Source: Eledone cirrhosa (lineage: Eukaryota). From it: 64,000 nt of DNA. Under the pieces are notes generated by a model that saw only the letters and a program-made list of their open reading frames with translations, did not search any database and was not told the DNA's origin. The stretch's first letter is position 1, and each line of letters starts with the position of its first letter. Shown piece after piece: positions 60,401 to 64,000 of this stretch. The translations under genes and the position numbers were made by a program. Where the stretch lies: positions 210,118,001-210,182,000 of the forward strand of contig OZ024743.1 of assembly GCA_964016885.1 (NCBI GenBank), given 5' to 3'.

Positions 60401-63400
60401 TACCATCCTATAGCCACACATGAAATCTATTCACTCCATAAGATATACCACAGTTTACGATCCTATAGCCACAGATGAAAGCTGTTCACTCCATAAGATA
60501 TACCACAGTTTACCATCCTATAGCCAGATGAAAGCTCTTCACTCCATAAGATATACCACAGTTTACCATCCTAAAGCCACAGATGAAAGCTCTTCACTCC
60601 ATAAGATATACCACAGTTTACCATCCTATAGCCACAGATGAAAGCTGTTTACTCCATAAGATATACCACAGTTTACCATCCTATAGCCAGATGAAAGCTC
60701 ATCACTCCATAAGATATACCACAGTTTACCATCCTATAGCCACAGATGAAAGCTGTTCACTCCATAAGATATACCACAGTTTACCATCCTATAGCCAGAT
60801 GAAAGCTCTTCACTCCATAAGATATACCACAGTTTACCATCCTATAGCCACAGATGAAAGCTCTTCACTCCATAAGATATACCACAGTTTACCATCCTAT
60901 AGCCACAGATGAAAGCTCTTCACTCCATGAGATATACCACAGTTTACCATCCTATAGCCACACATGAAAGCTCTTCACTCCATAAGATATACCACAGTTT
61001 ACCATCCTATAGCCACAGATGAAAGCTCATCACTCCATAAGATATATCACAGTTTACCATCCTATGGCCACACATGAAAGCTCTTCACCCCATAAGATAT
61101 ACCTCAGTTTACCATCCTATAGCCATAGATGAAAGCTCTTCACTCCATAAGATATACCACAGTTTACCATCCTATAGCCACACATGAGAGCTCTTCACTC
61201 CATAAGATATACCACAGTTTACCATCCTATAGCCACAGATGAAAGCTCATCACTCCATAAGATATACCACAGTTTACCATCCTTTGGCCACAAATGAAAG
61301 CTCTTCACCCCATAAGATATACCTCAGTTTACCATCCTATAGCCACAGATGAAAGCTCTTCACTCCATAAGATATACCACAGTTTACCATCCTATAACCA
61401 CACATGAAAGCTCTTCACTCCATAAGATATACCACAGTTTACTATCCTATAGCCACACATGAAAGCTCTTCACTCCATAAGATATACCACAGTTTACCAT
61501 CCTATAGCCACACATGAAAGCTCTTCACTCCATAAGATATACCACAGTTTACCATCCTATAGCCAGATGAAAGCTCTTCACTCCATAAGATATACGACAG
61601 TTTACCATCCTATAGCCACACATGAAAGCTCTTCAATCCATAAGATATACCCCAGTTTACCATCCTATTGCCAGATGAAAGCTCTTCACTCCATAAGATA
61701 TACCAGTTTACCACCCTATAGCCACAGATGAAAGCTCTTCACTCCATAAGATATACCACAGTTTACCATCCTATAGCCACGCCACGGATGAAAGCTCTTC
61801 ACTCCATAAGATATACCACAGTTTACAATCCTATAGCCACAGATGAAAGCTCTTCACTCCATAAGATATACCACAGTTTACCATCCTATGGCCACAGATG
61901 AAAGCTCTTCACTCCATAAGATATACCACAGTTTACCATCCTATAACCACAGATGAAAGCTCTTCACTCCATAAGATATACCACAGTTTACCATCCTATA
62001 GCCACACATGAAAGCTCTTCACTCCATAAGATATACCACAGTTTACCATCCTATAGTCAAGCCACGGATGAAAGCTGTTCACTCCATAAGATATACCACA
62101 GTTTACCATCCTATAGTCACACATGAAAGCTTTTCACTCCATAAAATATAACACAGTTTACCATCCTATAGCCAGATGAAAGCTCTTCACTCCATAAGAT
62201 ATACCACAGTTTACCATCCTATAGCCACAGATGAAAGCTCTTCACTCCATAAGATATACCACAGTTTACCATCCTATAGCCACAGATGAAAGCTCTTCAC
62301 TCCATAAGATATACCACAGTTTACCATCCTATAGCCACACATGAAAGCTCTTCACTCCATAAGATATACCACAGTTTACCATCCTATAGCCACAGATGAA
62401 AGCTCATCACTCCATAAGATATACCACAGTTTTCCATCCTATGGCCACACATGAAAGCTCTTCACCCCATAAGATATACCTCAGTTTACCATCCTATAGC
62501 CACAGATGAAAGCTCTTCACTCCATAAGATATACCACAGTTTACCATCCTATAGCCAGAGATGAAAGCTCTTCACTCCATAAGATATACCACAGTTTACC
62601 ATCCTATGGCCACACATGAAAGCTCTTCACCCGATAAGATATACCACAGTTTACCATCCTATAGCCACACATGAAAGCTCTTCACCCCATAAGATATACC
62701 ACAGTTTACCATCCTATAGCCACACATGAAAGCTCTTCACTCCATAAGATATACCACAGTTTACCATCCTATAGCCACAGATGAAAGCTCTTCACCCCAT
62801 AAGATATACCTCAGTTTATCATCCTATAGCCACACATGAAAGCTCTTCACCCCATAAGATATACCACAGTTTACCATCCTATTGCCACACATGAAAGTTC
62901 TTCACTCGAAAAGATATACCACAGTTTTCCATCCTATAGCCACACATGAAAGCTCTTCACTCCATAAGATATACCACAGTTTACCATCCTATAGCCATAT
63001 GAAAGCTCTTCACTCCATAAGATATACAACAGTTTACCATCCTATAGCTACACAGGAAAGCTCTTCAATCCATAAGATATACCCCAGTTTACCATCCTAT
63101 AGCCAGATGAAAGCTCTTCACTCCATAAGATATACCACAGTTTACCACCCTATAGCCACAGATGAAAGCTCTTCACTCCATGAGATATACCACAGTTTAC
63201 CATCCTATAGCCACGCCACGGATGAAAGCTATTCACTCCATAAGATATACCACAGTTTACAATCCTATAGCCACAGATGAAAGCTCTTCACTCCATAAGA
63301 TATACCACAGTTTACCATCCTATGGCCACAGATGAAAGCTCTTCACTCCATAAGATATACCACAGTTTACCATCCTATAGCCACAGATGAAAGCCCTTCA

Positions 63401-63700
63401 CTCCATAAGATATACCACAGTTTACCATCCTATAGCCACAGATGAAAGCTGTTCACTCCATAAGATATACCACAGTTTACCATCTTATAGCCACACATGA
63501 AAGCTCTTCACTCCATAAGATATACCACAGTTTACCATCCTATAGCCACACATGAAAGCTCTTCACTCCATAAGATATACCACAGTTTACCATCCTATAG
63601 TCAAGCCACGGATGAAAGCTCTTCACTCCATAAGATATACCACAGTTTACCATCCTATAGTCACACATGAAAGCTCTTCACTCCATAAGATATAACACAG
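54430..63700. repeat. Higher-order tandem duplication, period about 5.1-5.3 kb
   Basis: Offsets are 5274 (54545/59819, 54873/60147), 5111 (55472/60583, 56348/61459, 57771/62882) and 5219 (ORF ends 58061/63280). A private 2-bp deletion, ATATACCAGTTT, lies near 56590/61700. Confidence 0.9.
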
Positions 63701-64000
63701 TTTACCATCCTATGGCCACAGATGAAAGCTCTTCACTCCATAAGATATACCACAGTTTACCATCCTATAGCCACAGATGAAAGCCCTTCACTCCATAAGA
63801 TATACCACAGTTTACCATCCTATAGCCAGAGATGAAAGCTCTTCACTCCATAAGATATACCACAGTTTACCATCCTATGGCCACACATGAAAGCTCTTCA
63901 CCCCATAAGATATACCACAGTTTACCATCCTATAGCCACACATGAAAGCTCTTCACCCCATAAGATATACCACAGTTTACCATCCTATAGCCACACATGA

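Larger units (their letters stand above)
1..64000. repeat. Tandem satellite DNA array, 55-bp monomer (ATGAAAGCTCTTCACTCCATAAGATATACCACAGTTTACCATCCTATAGCCACAS), about 1,170 copies, running off both window ends
   Basis: ATGAAAGCTC recurs every 55 bp (e.g. 1366, 1421, 1476, 1531). Most monomers differ from consensus by 0-3 bases. There are 53-bp (..TAGCCAGATG), 54-bp and 60-bp (..GCCACGCCACGGATG / ..GTCAAGCCACGGATG) variants. I saw no inversion or foreign insertion. Copy number is estimated as 64000/~54.8. Confidence 0.99.

Noticed and set aside
263-63280. Around 90 short + strand ORFs (MKALHSIRYTTVYHPIAT...) as protein-coding genes
   Set aside because: They are translations of the 55-bp unit (not a multiple of 3) and are extended only where indel monomers skip the stop frame. 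They show no recognisable domain or gene context and no visible synonymous bias.
1-64000. CRISPR array
   Set aside because: There are no unique spacers, the whole unit is repeated, and no cas genes or leader are present.
1-64000. Telomeric repeat, G-quadruplex or i-motif array suggested by the C/G skew
   Set aside because: There is no short canonical telomere unit, and the consensus has only CC doublets spaced 4-22 bp apart, with no regular G3 tracts.
1-64000. One fixed-period higher-order repeat, or a definite centromere assignment
   Set aside because: Block periods differ from region to region. I recognised no CENP-B box, and centromere function cannot be shown without CENH3 data.
1-64000. 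Embedded transposon, tRNA/5S array or inversion
   Set aside because: I saw no non-satellite sequence, Pol III A/B boxes, cloverleaf or reverse-oriented monomer on reading through.

Overview
The whole 64-kb window is one uninterrupted, head-to-tail, single-orientation satellite DNA array of roughly 1,170 monomers. The 55-bp consensus is ATGAAAGCTCTTCACTCCATAAGATATACCACAGTTTACCATCCTATAGCCACA(G/C); it is about 40% GC, strongly C-rich and G-poor on the + strand, and has no CpG. I found no gene, RNA gene, transposon, CRISPR array or unique sequence. All listed ORFs are translation artefacts of the repeat. The real structure lies in the variants: (i) 53-, 54- and 60-bp monomer types and linked SNP haplotypes; (ii) a chain of recent, nested, multi-kb tandem duplications (periods 1974, 3842, about 6.2-6.3 kb, 1594, 4003, 3.0-3.45 kb and 5.1-5.3 kb) rather than one fixed higher-order repeat; (iii) an older shared monomer cassette; (iv) a quasi-palindrome in each monomer that several variants perfect, including an apparently compensatory triple change; (v) an E-box retained across most alleles at the most polymorphic site. 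The organism cannot be determined from the sequence; a eukaryotic heterochromatic satellite is inferred. Breakpoint coordinates are approximate and were read by eye.
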